From Isurus oxyrinchus (Eukaryota), in contig JANJGN010000011.1 in NCBI GenBank assembly GCA_026770705.1, positions 98,518,001-98,582,000 of the forward strand: 64,000 nt of DNA, in the 5' to 3' direction. This document shows positions 50,842 to 64,000 of this stretch, piece after piece. How positions within the stretch are numbered: the first letter of the stretch is position 1; each line of letters starts with the position of its first letter. The position numbers were made by a program, and so were the translations under genes. Below the pieces are notes generated by a model. It was given only the letters and a program-made list of their open reading frames with translations, did no database searches and was not told the origin of the DNA.

Positions 50842-52085
50842 CTGTAAAATGTAAAACACGTTACTCTCCAGTAAGCCTGATGGTGAAGGATAAAACAGTA
50901 TACCATCTTTACAAACTTTAATAAGCATTTATTCACAGAGATACACATTACAAACATGTACCTCCTCAACTTAAAAGATCCATTCCAGTCCGCTCCTATT
51001 TGTGGGAGACCAAGTGACTCCCTGCTTAATGCTGAACACCTGCATCAAATTACACAAATTAATATACAACTGCCAAGCATAAAGTAAAATAAATATAATA
51101 TATTGAAGAAATTGGGACGACTGAAGTCTTTAGTCATTGCTTCAAGCTTCGTAGCTACCGACTCCATTCCTCTCCCTGGCAACTGTCTGAGACTAAACCA
51201 CACCGTTCACAACCTTGGTCTCATATTTGATCCCAAGTTGATATTCCGACCATACATCCAGGCCATCAATAAGACTGTCCAGTGCCACCTCTGTAACATC
51301 GCCCAATGTCACCCCTACCTCAGCTTATTTGTTGCTGAAATCCTCATTTTGTCTCTGTTACTTTTTGATTTGATTATTTCAATGCAATCCTGGCTGGTAT
51401 CCCACAGTATAGTCTCCATAAACTTGAGATTCAGATGCCTGAGTCCTTACTCACACCAAATCCATTTATCTATTATCCGAGGATGCTTACCTACAATGGC
51501 CCTTGGTGAAGCAACATCTTGATTTTAAAACTCTCATACTTGCTTTCAAATTCCTCCAATGCCTCATCCCACCCATTCACTGCCAGCTTCTCTAGCCCTA
51601 CAATCCTCCAGGATATTTGCATAACCCTAAGATTAACCTCTTGAGCATCCTCAATTTTAATTACTCCACCATTAGTGGCTATGCCATGGTCCTCAGCTCT
51701 GGAATTCCTTCTCTAAACCTCTCTGACTCTCTACCTCTCTTTCTTTAAGATGCTTCCTAAAGCCCACCTTTGACCAAGCTTTTAGTCACCTAATATCCTA
51801 ATAATACCTTTTGTGGCTCAGTGTCTAAACTTAGCTTTATAACTCTCATGCAAATCACCTTGAGAGGCTTTATGATGTTAAATTCACTTCATAAATACAA
51901 ATTGTTCTCTTTTGTACAGAGAATGCTAAATCATAAGTAGGACAGTACAGTACAAGTCAAAAGAAGCTTGCTGTAGTCAGATCACACAGAGCAGTCAGTG
52001 AGATACACTGAAACAATCAAGTATTATAAGTAATTCAGAAAAAAGGCATGAGCTGACCGGTAATTTATTGAGCAACTGAGTCATG

Positions 52086-52708
52086 GGGCAGGATCTTTCG
52101 GTCGACGAGCGGGGTCGGGACCTGCTTGCTAACGCATAAAATGATGCAGGATGACGTCGGGTGAAACTCCCGACGTCACCCCACGTCATTTCTATTTTCA
52201 GGTCGGCAGGGGCGCAGCCAAGTCAGCTGTGCGCCCGCTGACCTGTCAATGGCCTGAGGCCATTGAGAAACTAATTAAAATCATTAATGGACCTGCCCGT
52301 CCAACCTTTAGGTTGGTGGGCAGGCTGGGAGCCCTGGCGAGCTTCAGAAAAAGCATGAAACCTCATCCACGGGCGAGATGAGGTTTCACAAGGGTATTTA
52401 AATTTTTAATAAAGATTTCAGTTAAAGTTATGGCATGTCCCAACTCATGTAACAGTGTCACATAAGGGGACATGTCAGGAAAATTTTTCTTATTATTTTT
52501 ATTGCAAATTTTAATTTGGAGCCAATCTCCCTGAGGCAGCACTTAGCCTCAGGGAGATCAGTGCGCTCTTTTGCGCACATGTGCGAAAGAGTGCACTTCC
52601 GGCTGAGGGCATCCCCCCCACCCACACAGGGCGGTTGTCACGTTGGGCAGGCCTTAATTGGCCCGCCCCGATCGGAGGTGCGCCCACCTACTCCCGCACT
52701 TCCCCCCC
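52086..52708 (-). mobile_element. Family A triple-hairpin element
   Basis: GGGCAGGATCTTTC terminus, perfect TSD ATG, three hairpins; partial deletion near the right end. Confidence 0.85.
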
Positions 52709-52719
52709 ATGATCTGATT

Positions 52720-55060
52720 GTAACCTCAACTCTACATTCCTGCCTATCCCCTATAACTTTTCACCTTGTTTATCAAGAATCTATCAACTTTGCCTTAAAG
52801 ATATTCAAAGACTGCTTCTACTGCCATTTGAGGAAAAGTGTTCCAAGGATTCACCATACTCAGAGAAAAAATTTCTCGTTATCTGTGTCTTAAATGGGTG
52901 ACCACTAGTTCTAGATTCTCCCACAAGATGAAATATCCTTTCCACATCCACCCTGTCAAGACCCCTCAGGATCTTCTATGTTTCAATCAAGTCGCCTCTT
53001 ACTCTTCTAAACTGCAGCGATTATAAGCCTAGCCTGTCCAACCTTTCCTCATAAGACAACCCGTTCGTTCCAGGTATTAAGTCTTGTAAACCTTCTCTGA
53101 ACTGCTTTCAATGCACTTACATCCTTCCTTAAATAAAGAGACCAATACTGTACACAATGCTCCAGATGTGGTCTCACCAGAGTCCTGTATAATTGAAGCA
53201 TAACCTCCCTATTTTTGTATTCAATTCTTCTCGCACTAAATGATAACATTCTATTAGCTATCCTGATTATTTGCTGTACCAACATTCTAGCCTTTTGCGA
53301 TTCTTACATGAGGACACCCAGATCCTTCTGCATCTCAGAGCTCTGCAATCTCTCACCACTTAGATAATATGCTTCTCTTTTGTTTTTCCTCCCAAAATAG
53401 ACAATTTCACATTTTCCCACCTTATACCCCATTTGCCAGATCTCTGCCCAGTCACTTAACTTATCTATATTGCTTTGTAGCCTCCTTGTGTCCTGTTCAC
53501 ATCTTACCTTCCTACCTCCCTTAGTGTCATCACAAATTTAGCAACCATGACTTCTGTCCCTTCATCAATGTCACTTCTATAAATTGTTAGAAGTTGAGGC
53601 CCCAGCACTGATCCCTGCAGCACACCACTCATCATATCTTGCCAACCAGAAAAAGACACATTTATGCCTACCCTCTGTTTCCTATTAGCTAGCTAATCTT
53701 CTATCCATGCCAATATGTTATCCCTTACATCATGAGCTTTTATTTTTCGCAATAACCTTTGATGTAGCATCTTATTAAATGCCTCTCGAAAGTACAATAC
53801 AGCTGAGTGCCTATTATCCACAGCATAAAGTCGCTTCTGCAAAGAACTCCAATAAATTGGTTAAACGTGATTTCCCTTTTACAAAACCATGTTGACTCTG
53901 CCTGATTATCCTGATTTCCAGGTGCCCTGCTTTAACGTTGTGAATAATAGCTTTTAACATTTTCCCTATGACAGATGTTAAGTTAACTGGCTAACCCTAG
54001 GATGAAGTCCATTAGGACCCAGGTACTTGTAAGTCCAAAGCTCCAACAATTTGTAAAGTACCATTTCCTGGATTATTATAATTTTCTTGAGTTCCTTGCT
54101 CTTTTCCATTTCCTGATTTATAGCTATTTCTGGGATGTTACTTGTATCCTCTATAGTGAAGACTGCTACAAAATATCTGGTCAATTTATCTGCAATTTCC
54201 ATTATTAATTCCCCAGACTCACTTTCTATAAGATCAATGCTCACTTTGTTAACTTTTTAAAATATCTATAGAAACTTTTACTATCTGTCTTTATATTTCT
54301 AGCTAGCTTTCTCTCATTTTCTAATTTTTCCTTCCTTATCAATCTTTTAGTCATTCTTTGCTGCTTTTTATATTCTGCCCAATCTTATGATATGCCACCC
54401 ATCTTTGAGCAATTTTATACTTTTTCTTTAAGTTTGAAACTATCTTTAACTTCTAGTTAACCACAAATGGTGGGTCCTCTCCTTGGAATTTTTCTTGCTT
54501 GTTGGAATGTATCTATTCTGTGTATTCTGAAATATCCCCTTAAATGTCTGCATCTCCATTGACCTATTCCTTAACCTAATTTGCCAGTTCACATTAATTA
54601 GCTCTGCTTTCATGTCCTCATTATTACCCTTATTTAAATTTAAAATGCTAGTCTTGAGGAGACACTCTTCTCTCCCTCAAACTGAATGTAAAATTCAATC
54701 ATATTATAATCACTACTACCTAGGGGCACCTTCACTATGAGATCATTGCTATCTCGTTGCACAATATCTAGTATATAGTCTGCTTTCTGCTTGGCGCCGG
54801 AACATGCTGTTGTAAGAAACTATCCCAAAAACATTCTATGAATTCCTCATCTAGGCTACCTTTGCCATTCTGACTTTTCCAGTCTATATGCACACTAAAA
54901 TCCCCCAAGATTACTGCCGTACCTTTCTAGCAACTCTGATTATTTCTTCCTTTATGCCCCATCCTACCATATAGTTACTGTTAGGGGGCCTGTACACGAC
55001 TCCCACGAGTGACCTCTTTCCTTTATCATCTCGACCCAAACCGCATCTACATCCAGGTTT
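52720..55060 (-). mobile_element. CR1 LINE (endonuclease to RT), decayed
   Basis: ORF 53049..53285 (LVRPHLEHCVQYW); endonuclease GDF motif at about 54900. Confidence 0.85.
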
Positions 55061-57132
55061 CCTTATCATCTTATCCTACTTACACCAAAGCTGACCATAC
55101 ATCCTTACATGGCTAAGAAAAGATAGACAATGTTACTCAGAGAAAAAATTCAAGTGTTTTATGGGGCTGGCACAATGGGTTTCTAAACCTCTGGGATCTC
55201 AGCCTAACTCTAGCTGTTTGCTCAGAAAGGATAGTTGATCTGGTGACCAGCATACCTCATCTACCACCACAATTTCTAATTATTTCATACCTTTAACATT
55301 AATGCAATTCCAAAGTTCTTCACAGAAGACATTTGGAAAACATACTGCAATTCTGGGGAGGAGATTAGCCAGGGTGCCCAAAAGCTTGGTTTGAGATGAG
55401 TTTTGAGGATTTTTTTTAAAAGGAGAGAGAAGTTGAGAGACAGGGAAGTAATTCGAGAGCAGGAATGGCAAGGTGTCATCAGTGCACATGGAAGCAGGCC
55501 TCATGTCAGCGTGTAGGTAAGATGGAGAAGGGGTTAAAAATGAACCCTTGTTGGACTCCGGATGCAATAGCATAGAGGTGAGAAGAAAAGCCATCGACAG
55601 AGATGTTTGTGTTACATTCAAAGGGACAGTTGTGGAATTATGCAAGGCCAATCCCACAGAGCGAGCAAAGGGACTGCCAAAAAACTCTGCAAAGAGGACG
55701 AGGAGTGATAATGTACTATAGTTATAATCAATGAGAATATTGGTCATGATTTTATTTGGGCCATTTTCATATCACGGGAATGACAGAAGCCAGACTGGAG
55801 ATGTTTGAACAGAGAGTTAAGATACAGACGGAAAACAGAAATAATGGTGTGAGGATGGAATTGTTGTGAGTGATTATCTTGTCCCTGAATTGGTAGTGCT
55901 CGATATTCACAGTCAATGAAGATGAGTGTTCCATTCTTAGCATTAACATACTATAACCTCAAACAATTTCACAAGAAGATTATTTCACACATAATAATTA
56001 TCCAAATTGTATTTCAGTAAATAAACTAGAACTTAGCTCAACAAAACAGATAGGAATTTCAGGGTTCCCTAAAATAAAATACTTGGGTAGATGGCTCACA
56101 GAAAACTTGCTGTAGGCATTTCTATACTGCAATTCATTTTACTGCAACCAAAGATAAGTATGCCTATACATTATGCATGCTGAGCATAATTTTTTTAACA
56201 CTATCAGAGATGAGTGTCTAAAACACATTAGCGGACACCAAGAGAAAACAGAGCAATTTCATATAAGCATAAAAGAAAATGGGAACTTGTTGAATAGCCT
56301 AAAATATCTAATCATTTTTGCACTTTGATATAGGAATAATTAATAATTTACTTTTCTGTTTTGAAATAGCTGAAGCCAATGATCTAAAAGGTTCTTTGTA
56401 ATTGGCAGCAGTGTGTGTACCATCAACAAAATGCACTGCAGCAACTCACCAAGCCTCCTTCGAAAGCACCATCCGAACCCACGACCTCAATCACCCACAA
56501 GAACAAAGGCAGCAGACTCACGGAAACGCCACCATCCGCAAATTCCCCTCCAAGCCATACACCATCCTGACTTGACACTATATCACCATTCTTCACTGTT
56601 GTTAGGTCAAAATCAGGGAACTGCCTTTCAAACAGCACCAGCACTGTACCTACACCAGATGGACTGCAGTGGTTCAAGAAGGTGGCTTACCACCACCTTC
56701 CTATTGGCAATTAGGGATATGCAACAAAGATTCATATCAGGGTGAGCGCAATATGACCAACATTTTGGGAAGATCAGAAGAATAATTCCTTCACATTTAG
56801 ATGAATATCTACAACCAATGCAACACTTCGGAACAGCAAAGGACTAAAATGCATTAATATACAGATCAGACTACTTTATTAAATAACAAAATGCTTGAAC
56901 CTAAAACAGGCACTGCTGGAAATACTCAGGATGACAGCATCTGTGGGAAGAAACAGAGGTAAATTTCAAGTCTTGTGACCTTTCATCAGGACTGCTTGAA
57001 CCATATCTACAAACATTCCATGGAATTCCATGTCTACCTATTTTGAGTGAACAGATTAATAATGAGAGAGTATACTGATACGAGAAATACATTCTGTTTC
57101 CACACACTATTCAGTCATTTGTTGCAGGACTA

Positions 57133-57309
<177 letters not shown>

Positions 57310-58072
57310 CTAGTAAACTACACATTTAAGACAAAAGACAGGCAGGAAAGAACTAGTCTATGATACAGAAAAATAAATTTCACTTCTTTTTTAAGAACCT
57401 CCATTGATATCACATTATATCAGCAGTCCTAATGCAGCCCAAATCCACCACATGAAAACACCCCCATCACCACAGTGGCAATAGTGTGTACCATCTTCAA
57501 GATATACTGCAGCAACTCACCATGGCTTCTTCAAAAGCACCTACCAAACCCTTCACCTCTACTAGCTAGGGGCAGCAGACACTCTGAAACACTACCACAT
57601 ACAAGTTCCTCTCCAAGTCACACACTTGCACGACTTGGAAATATATCACCATTCCTTCATAATCACTGGGTCAAACTTCTGGAACTCTCTGCCTAACAGC
57701 GCTATCAGAATGTCTTCACTGCAAGGACTCTGATTCAAGGAGATGGCTTCTCAAGGACAAATATGGATTGGCAATAAATGCTGGCATTGCTAGTAATGAA
57801 CAAATAAAAAAAATTGCACAGAACAGTAATCTTCATCTTCAGGCCATCTCAAACATGAATCCTGACACTTCATATACTGTAACAATTTCAATTGCCAAGT
57901 TGGTAGCATCAAAAATTCACTAGTAAACATTCACCATAAAATTTAATCTACAAGAAGACTTGACTAAATTCAAGCAGTGCTTATACAGAAAGTTCTCAAG
58001 GTTCCATGTCACATATGGATCAAGTATCATTTTCCAAGTTTTATCTTCTATATTGTATACATACCAGTCTAT

Positions 58073-58718
58073 GGGGACAATTTTCTCCCCGTTGGTCAGG
58101 CCATTGGGTGTGGAGCCGATTGCCACTCATGATTGGCTGCGCGCCGCTATTTTACGTGGGCGGGTGAATTAAGGCGCTCAACGCTAATTGTGCAGATGGG
58201 GGGGAGGATGGACTCGATGCCTGCGCTCTTTCGTGCACGCGTGCAAAAAAGCACAGAAATCTCCCTGAGGCAGCTCCGTGCCTCAGGGAGATTTTCAGTT
58301 CAAAAGATGTTTAAAATAAAAAAAATAAAATTATTCAGACATGTCCTCTCATGTGACAGTGTCACATGAGCTGGGACATATTTATGAATTTTAATAAAGA
58401 CTTTTGTTTAATTCATAAACCCTTCATGAAACTTCATCCCATCCATAAGAAATGCGAAGGCCGCCTGAGCTTTTCGCCTGCCTGCCAACCTTAAAGTTGG
58501 ATGGGCAGGCCTGACAGTCACTTTAACTAAGTAATTATTGACCTTAACAGGCCTTTGACAGTTCGCCAAGCACGCAGCTGACTCCAGTGTGCACCGGCCA
58601 AACTGAAGATCGGAATGATGTGCAGTGATGTTGGGATGCACGCCTGACGTCACTGCGTGTGATTTTACACATTGGCATGTGGAGCCTGCCCCTGCACACT
58701 AAATGGAAGATTCTGACC
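58073..58718 (+). mobile_element. Family A triple-hairpin element
   Basis: Termini GGGGACAATTTTC...GAAGATTCTGACC, perfect TSD TAT, 16-bp perfect stem at 58257-58294. Confidence 0.85.
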
Positions 58719-59708
58719 TATGATATCAGGGTATGGGGCCTTTATTTTTTATTTGATATCATTTTTTGCCCAAAAGAAATCTTAATGTTTTTACTTTGTG
58801 ATCCAGCTTGCTAAGAAGAAATTAATGACCATTTTGAAAATACCAATGCTAAAGTTGCAGTATAACCTTGGATCAATATTCACCACCGCAATCTAGTAAT
58901 TTGGGATCCTGTGGAGGAGCCAATGACAAACAGCTTGAATTTGATAACTGAATGGAGTAAAACTCCACCATAGTATTAAATCCTTTGAACCTCCTCAACA
59001 TGTTTTAAACTTACCAGAGTGGATTTCAATTCTGCCTATATTCCCTAAATGAGCAAATTTTAACATAGCTCTCCTCTATGCAGAAGAATTTCAATTTGAT
59101 CAAGAAAACATAACAAAGGTGCTGACTGGAAGAAATATTATGATCTTTGACAGTTTAGTACAGTCTTAATAACCTGGTCTAAGGAATAATTTATATTTCT
59201 ACAAATTCAAAAAATTTAGATTACACTTTGAAATGACAGGTAAAAGTGAAGGACTTTCCTAAACATGCTGACTTGGAAAACCCAAGTTGTGAAGCTATGT
59301 CACTTATATCCAATATTCAAAAATGGAACAAATATTATAGACCAAAAGCAATGAATTTGGACCCTTAGTTTGGGAAGGAACATTTTTGTATCGAGGTCAG
59401 AATTGCAGGAGAAGAACCAGGATCCTACCATACAATGCAGAGCAACGACACTGCTAGCTCATAATTTTCCTACCTATGTGACAATATATAGGCAAAAGGT
59501 AATACTGACTAGTTGTACCAGCGTGAACAGAATCAACTGAATTCACCCCTTGAGAAGACTTTTTTCCCCCAGAGTAAAGAAAGTATAAATACTTCATCAT
59601 ATATGAAGAATACCTTCCTTTGATTGAACACATATGGTTTCCAAATATAAATAGGCACAACCTCTTTTCTAAAAACACTTGCGTTGAAATTACACTATTT
59701 AAAACAAC

Positions 59709-60624
59709 GGGCCAAATCTTCCGATCTCCAGATTGTCGGGATGATCGCGTCTGGAGCCTGCGGAAGTCCTGACACGTGAACTTATGAGGGAATTACTCAG
59801 GAAGTTTAAACTTATGTCGGGCAATTTCCCTATGACCCTGGACCCTCCACAAATGTCTCCAACTCTGGTCTAGAATTGGAGGCTTCAAGCAGTCCTGCGG
59901 TACTTACCTTAACAGTTACCCAGGAAATTTTAGACATTAAAACCTAGTCTAATATCTTGATATCTCCATAACTGATCCACCCAATCACACACCTGACCCC
60001 CGACTACCCTCACAACCCGATTATCCTGACTAACTCTCAGACTACCCCTTCAACCTGATCACCCCTACGACCTGATCAGCCCTCCTGATCACCCAATTAA
60101 CTCCCCTCCTAACCAGACCTGGTTATCCCCTGACTTGACTACCCCTTCTGACCACCCTTCTACCCTCCCAACTAGATCTGTCTACCCCTCTGACCTCCTG
60201 ACTAACCACCCACCCAAATGCCCCCACTGGATCAGACTACCCCTCCCAAATAGGCCAGACTACCCTTCTTGACCACCTGACCATCCTCCCGACCCAACCA
60301 CCCTCACACAACCACCCACCCACCCTACCCACTTACCTACTCACTCATCTACCCAGTCATCCTTTCATTCATCCATTTACTAACATTCAAACTAGACCTT
60401 TAAACTTCCCATACAGCTAATGCTGTAAAAAGGGGATGCGTCATGTCTTCCCCTGACTCTACTCCACTCCAACAGAATTCTCTGAGGGATGCTGCATTGT
60501 GCATTTCAGTGAAAGCTGGGATTGGAAGAGCCCGGAAGAAATACGCAGCAGCATCGAGTTGGGGGAATTTATGGGTGCAGTGGTAACCCACTCATCATTG
60601 CCCACTGCTCAGAAGATTTGGGTC
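59709..60624. mobile_element. Family B Harbinger-type element with a C-rich minisatellite
   Basis: Termini GGGCCAAATCTTC...GAAGATTTGGGTC, TSD AAC/AAA, colinear with 3942-4866. Confidence 0.75.
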
Positions 60625-60884
60625 AAAGAATTAATGATTTAGTTGAAATAGGACAAAGGAATTTCAAAAAATTAGGTTAACACATTTATTACTAATAACA
60701 CAACACAATTTCAGGGCAACAGAATGAATAAAACTTAAAAAAAACAACTAGGTGGAGAGAATAAATCAATGCTACTTTGTTCTTATGATTACTCAGGAAT
60801 TACTCGTTACTGCTGCACTATTCGCAATAGTTTATCATAAAAGCTTCCTCTGCAGCCTGAGTTGACCAACACAGATGTTGCTTA

Positions 60885-61055
<171 letters not shown>

Positions 61056-61101
61056 CTACTTCTGTACCAAACTGTTGCTTTATGGGAAATTAATTGCTTG
61101 G

Positions 61102-61712
61102 GTCTGTCCTTGGCTTGCTGCATTGTTCCAGTGAAGCCCAACACAAACTGGAGGAACAGCACCTCATCTTCCGACTAGACACTTTACAGCCTTCCGAACT
61201 GAATATTGAATTCAACAACTTCAGGTCTTGAACTCCCTCCTCCATCCCCACCCCCTTTCTGTTTCTTCCAATAATTTATATAGATTTTTCTTTTCCCACC
61301 TATTTCCATTATTTTAAAATCTTTTATGCCCCCCATCCCCAATAGAGCTATACCTTGAGTGCCGTACCATCCATTCTTAATTAGCACATACGTTTAGATA
61401 ATATCACCAACTTCAACACCTCTGTATTCTTTTGCCTGTGACATCTTTTGATTATCTGCTCCTATCACTGCTTGCTTGTCCCTACAACCACACCTTCCCC
61501 TCCACTTCTCGCCCCCCCACCACCGCCACCTTAAACCAGCTTATGTTATATTTCACCCCTCTCCTTCGATTCACCTAGTTCTGTTGAAGGGTCATGAGGA
61601 CTCGAAACGTCAACTCTTTTCTTCTCCGTCGATGCTGCCAGACCTGCTGAGTTTTTCCAGGTAATTTTGTTTTTGTTTTGGATTTCCAGCATCCCGCAGT
61701 TTTTTGTTTTTA
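61102..61712 (+). mobile_element. PLE 3' fragment, close inverted match to about 7411-7980
   Basis: End of the GIY-YIG domain (KLEEQHLIFRL) plus the 3' region with the hammerhead motif. Confidence 0.88.
61577..61615 (+). ncRNA. Best-preserved minimal type I hammerhead motif (CUGUUGA core variant)
   Basis: AGTT-CTGTTGA-A-GGGTC-ATGAG-GACTC-GAAA-CGTC-AACT: stem I AGTT/AACT, stem II GGGTC/GACTC, palindromic ACGT stem III, predicted GUC cleavage site. Confidence 0.65.
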
Positions 61713-63330
61713 TTACATAACCTCATGTATTCATCTAGACTTTTTTACATGACTATCCTTAGTCTTGTGACAAACACTTCAGACCCAATAAAATAGACAT
61801 CATCTACACAATACCAACAAGAAAGCTATATATTGGTATGCAATAATTATACACAAAAGGACCAAAGATTAGTAGAAAGAGACTATAAGATAGAAAAGTT
61901 CAAAAATAAACTAAAATAGCAGCCCACTGAACTGATTATGCAAGTTTAAATAGAAACTAAGCAATTTATAGTAGACAACATAGGGCTCGCTAGCACATGA
62001 TCAAAGCAAAATATTGCACCACAGAATAGTTGGGCATTGGGTCACTCTCAATATTCTGTACACTAACTTGTTTGGGATATCATGCACTCAAGAAAAGACA
62101 GAAACACAAATTCAAATGAACAAGGATCACAAATATGAACAGCAGATCATCTGTCTAATTGTTCAGTGATATGTGTTCAATAAGGGTAGGGAAAGAAAAT
62201 ATATGTGCTATCAATTTTTGACCAAGCATCATTAAGAGTGGGGGTGTTATGTACTATATGGCTGAATTTAGCAGTATTTTTAATTATTAGATGTGGAGAA
62301 AATTAAGATGGTTGCAAAGGTATTAATCAAAATTGAATTTTAAATAATTTAAGCAGAAACTAATTTCAGCCACTGACTGAAGATACTTACCGCAGCAAAA
62401 TTAGATCATCTACATAAAGTATTTAATCGTGGGTTCAATTTTCCACAATTTTTAACTCTCAAAAAAATCATATACAGGAGACTTTGTATTACTGAGATAG
62501 AATTTCGAATTAGGAACTGAGGGGGTCTGTAGTTTTCTGCCTACTGAATGGAAAAATCACAGGCTGATGAGCACAGAAGCAGAAAATTCTAAACAAAGCA
62601 TCTAAAACAAAATTATTCCACAAATGTATGAGTAGCAAAAATTAATCTTTATTAGAGATGGAATCTGGATGAAGGGTTGATTGTACAACGTCATTTAATG
62701 AATCACAGCAACATTCTACTCGTGTTGAAATACCAACAATAGACGAAGTTTAACCAGTTTATATTAATTAATTTAATCTTTAAAAACAGCTGAAATTGGT
62801 CCTCAGTGGCCTTTAGCTGTATTAGGAATTATTTTGTTTAAGGACAATGCTGGGTGGTTTAATAACAAGAGCTTTTTAATAAAAGCAAAAACTAAATAAC
62901 AGGTAAATAAACCAATTAATATTTCCAAACAGTTAATACAACTGGTGTTCAAAGATACATTTTGGTCAGGGATAAACCAGTCAGTAGCAGGGACGTATAA
63001 ATTGGAAAGGATGAGGTTTGACCCCTGATCTCTGCTGAGTGAGTGGACTTTAGCCAGTATAGTTGTAGCAGCAATACAGTTTCTCTCAATGCTTCTTGGC
63101 TGGGATGGTGAAAGTTGACCAAGACTTTGCACCACCCAACCTCATGTTTGGTGGTCTGCCTACTCTTGCTGCAAGTGTGCAGAGAATGGGCAATGCAGGC
63201 ACGCAGGATTAAGCTGAACTGTGATCATCACTACAGTTAAATTGCTTGTAGGCAGTCACTGTCTAAGGACACAGCATTTGAGTGAGGTATAAGAAGCACT
63301 TGGTACCTGCTGTGGAATCTCAGCAACAGT

Positions 63331-64000
63331 GGGCTGAATCTTCTGGCTGACGTGCGAGGGGCAAAGCCCGTACATCTGTGCTTAAAATGTTGCGCGCTGA
63401 CGTTGCGCGAGCGTCCTGATTCAGCATGCGGCATCATGATGTTTTGGTCGGCGGGCACGCTATGCAGTCCAACGCGCGCACGCCATTAATTAAAGGCCTC
63501 GTTAAGGCCATTAAGTAATCAATTGACCAGGATTTTGAGGGGCCTGTGCGAACTTTGGGTCGGTGCATGGGCCCAAGGGGCAGGCAGGTAAGTGATTTTT
63601 TCACAAACCTCATCCAGTGGTGGGATGAGGTTTGATTTCGGTTTTAAAAAAGTTTACTGAAGTGATTGTATACTTTATTAACATGTCCCATCTCATGTGA
63701 CATTTTCACAAGGGAGACATGATTTTTTTATTTTTCTATTTTTAATGTCTCACAGACTTTCAGCGATCTCCCTGAGGCAGCACTTTGTCCAAGGGAGATG
63801 TGCGCTCTTTCGTGTACATGTGCGAAAAAGCGAACTCTCGTGGTTGGGGAATCCCCTCCAACCACAGGAAGCGCATAGCGCTTACCGTCGGGCGGGCCTT
63901 AATTGGCCCACCCACGTAAAATGGTGGCAAGGCCCAATTCGGCAGTGGCGAATGGCTGCCCGCCTGCTGCCGAGTCGGTCGGGCCCGCCCGCCCATCAAG
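63331..64000 (-). mobile_element. Family A triple-hairpin element running off the window end
   Basis: GGGCTGAATCTTC terminus; hairpins at about 63604-63634, 63681-63720 and 63766-63799. Confidence 0.8.

Noticed and set aside
50879-51070. Possible short solo LTR next to exon 12
   Set aside because: LTR-like composition, but I could not establish termini or a TSD.

Overview
Vertebrate genomic DNA, most likely a shark or other cartilaginous fish judging by its CR1, Penelope and SINE repeats (inference). The whole window lies inside one minus-strand gene, tripeptidyl-peptidase II (TPP2). I read 12 consecutive internal coding exons (1487 nt) with GT-AG sites and compatible phases, roughly exons 10-21 by human numbering recalled from memory, including the catalytic-serine motif GTSMSSP. 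Both ends of the gene lie outside the window. The introns hold CR1 and L2 LINE fragments, Penelope-like elements (PLEs) carrying minimal hammerhead-ribozyme motifs, SINEs, solo LTRs, a Gmr1-like Gypsy relic, a Helitron helicase relic, a hAT MITE and many PIF/Harbinger-type non-autonomous elements with 3-bp TSDs. Most notable: (1) PLE hammerheads with a recurrent non-canonical CUGUUGA core, one in a fold-back insertion; (2) a Harbinger-type family with three conserved internal hairpins; (3) a retrovirus-like element with a 42-bp mini-LTR, a tRNA-Trp PBS and a coiled-coil gag-like ORF; (4) a clean templated inverted insertion with a 109-bp duplication. Almost all ORFs in the supplied track are transposon fragments or spurious. 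Repeat boundaries without a TSD are approximate.
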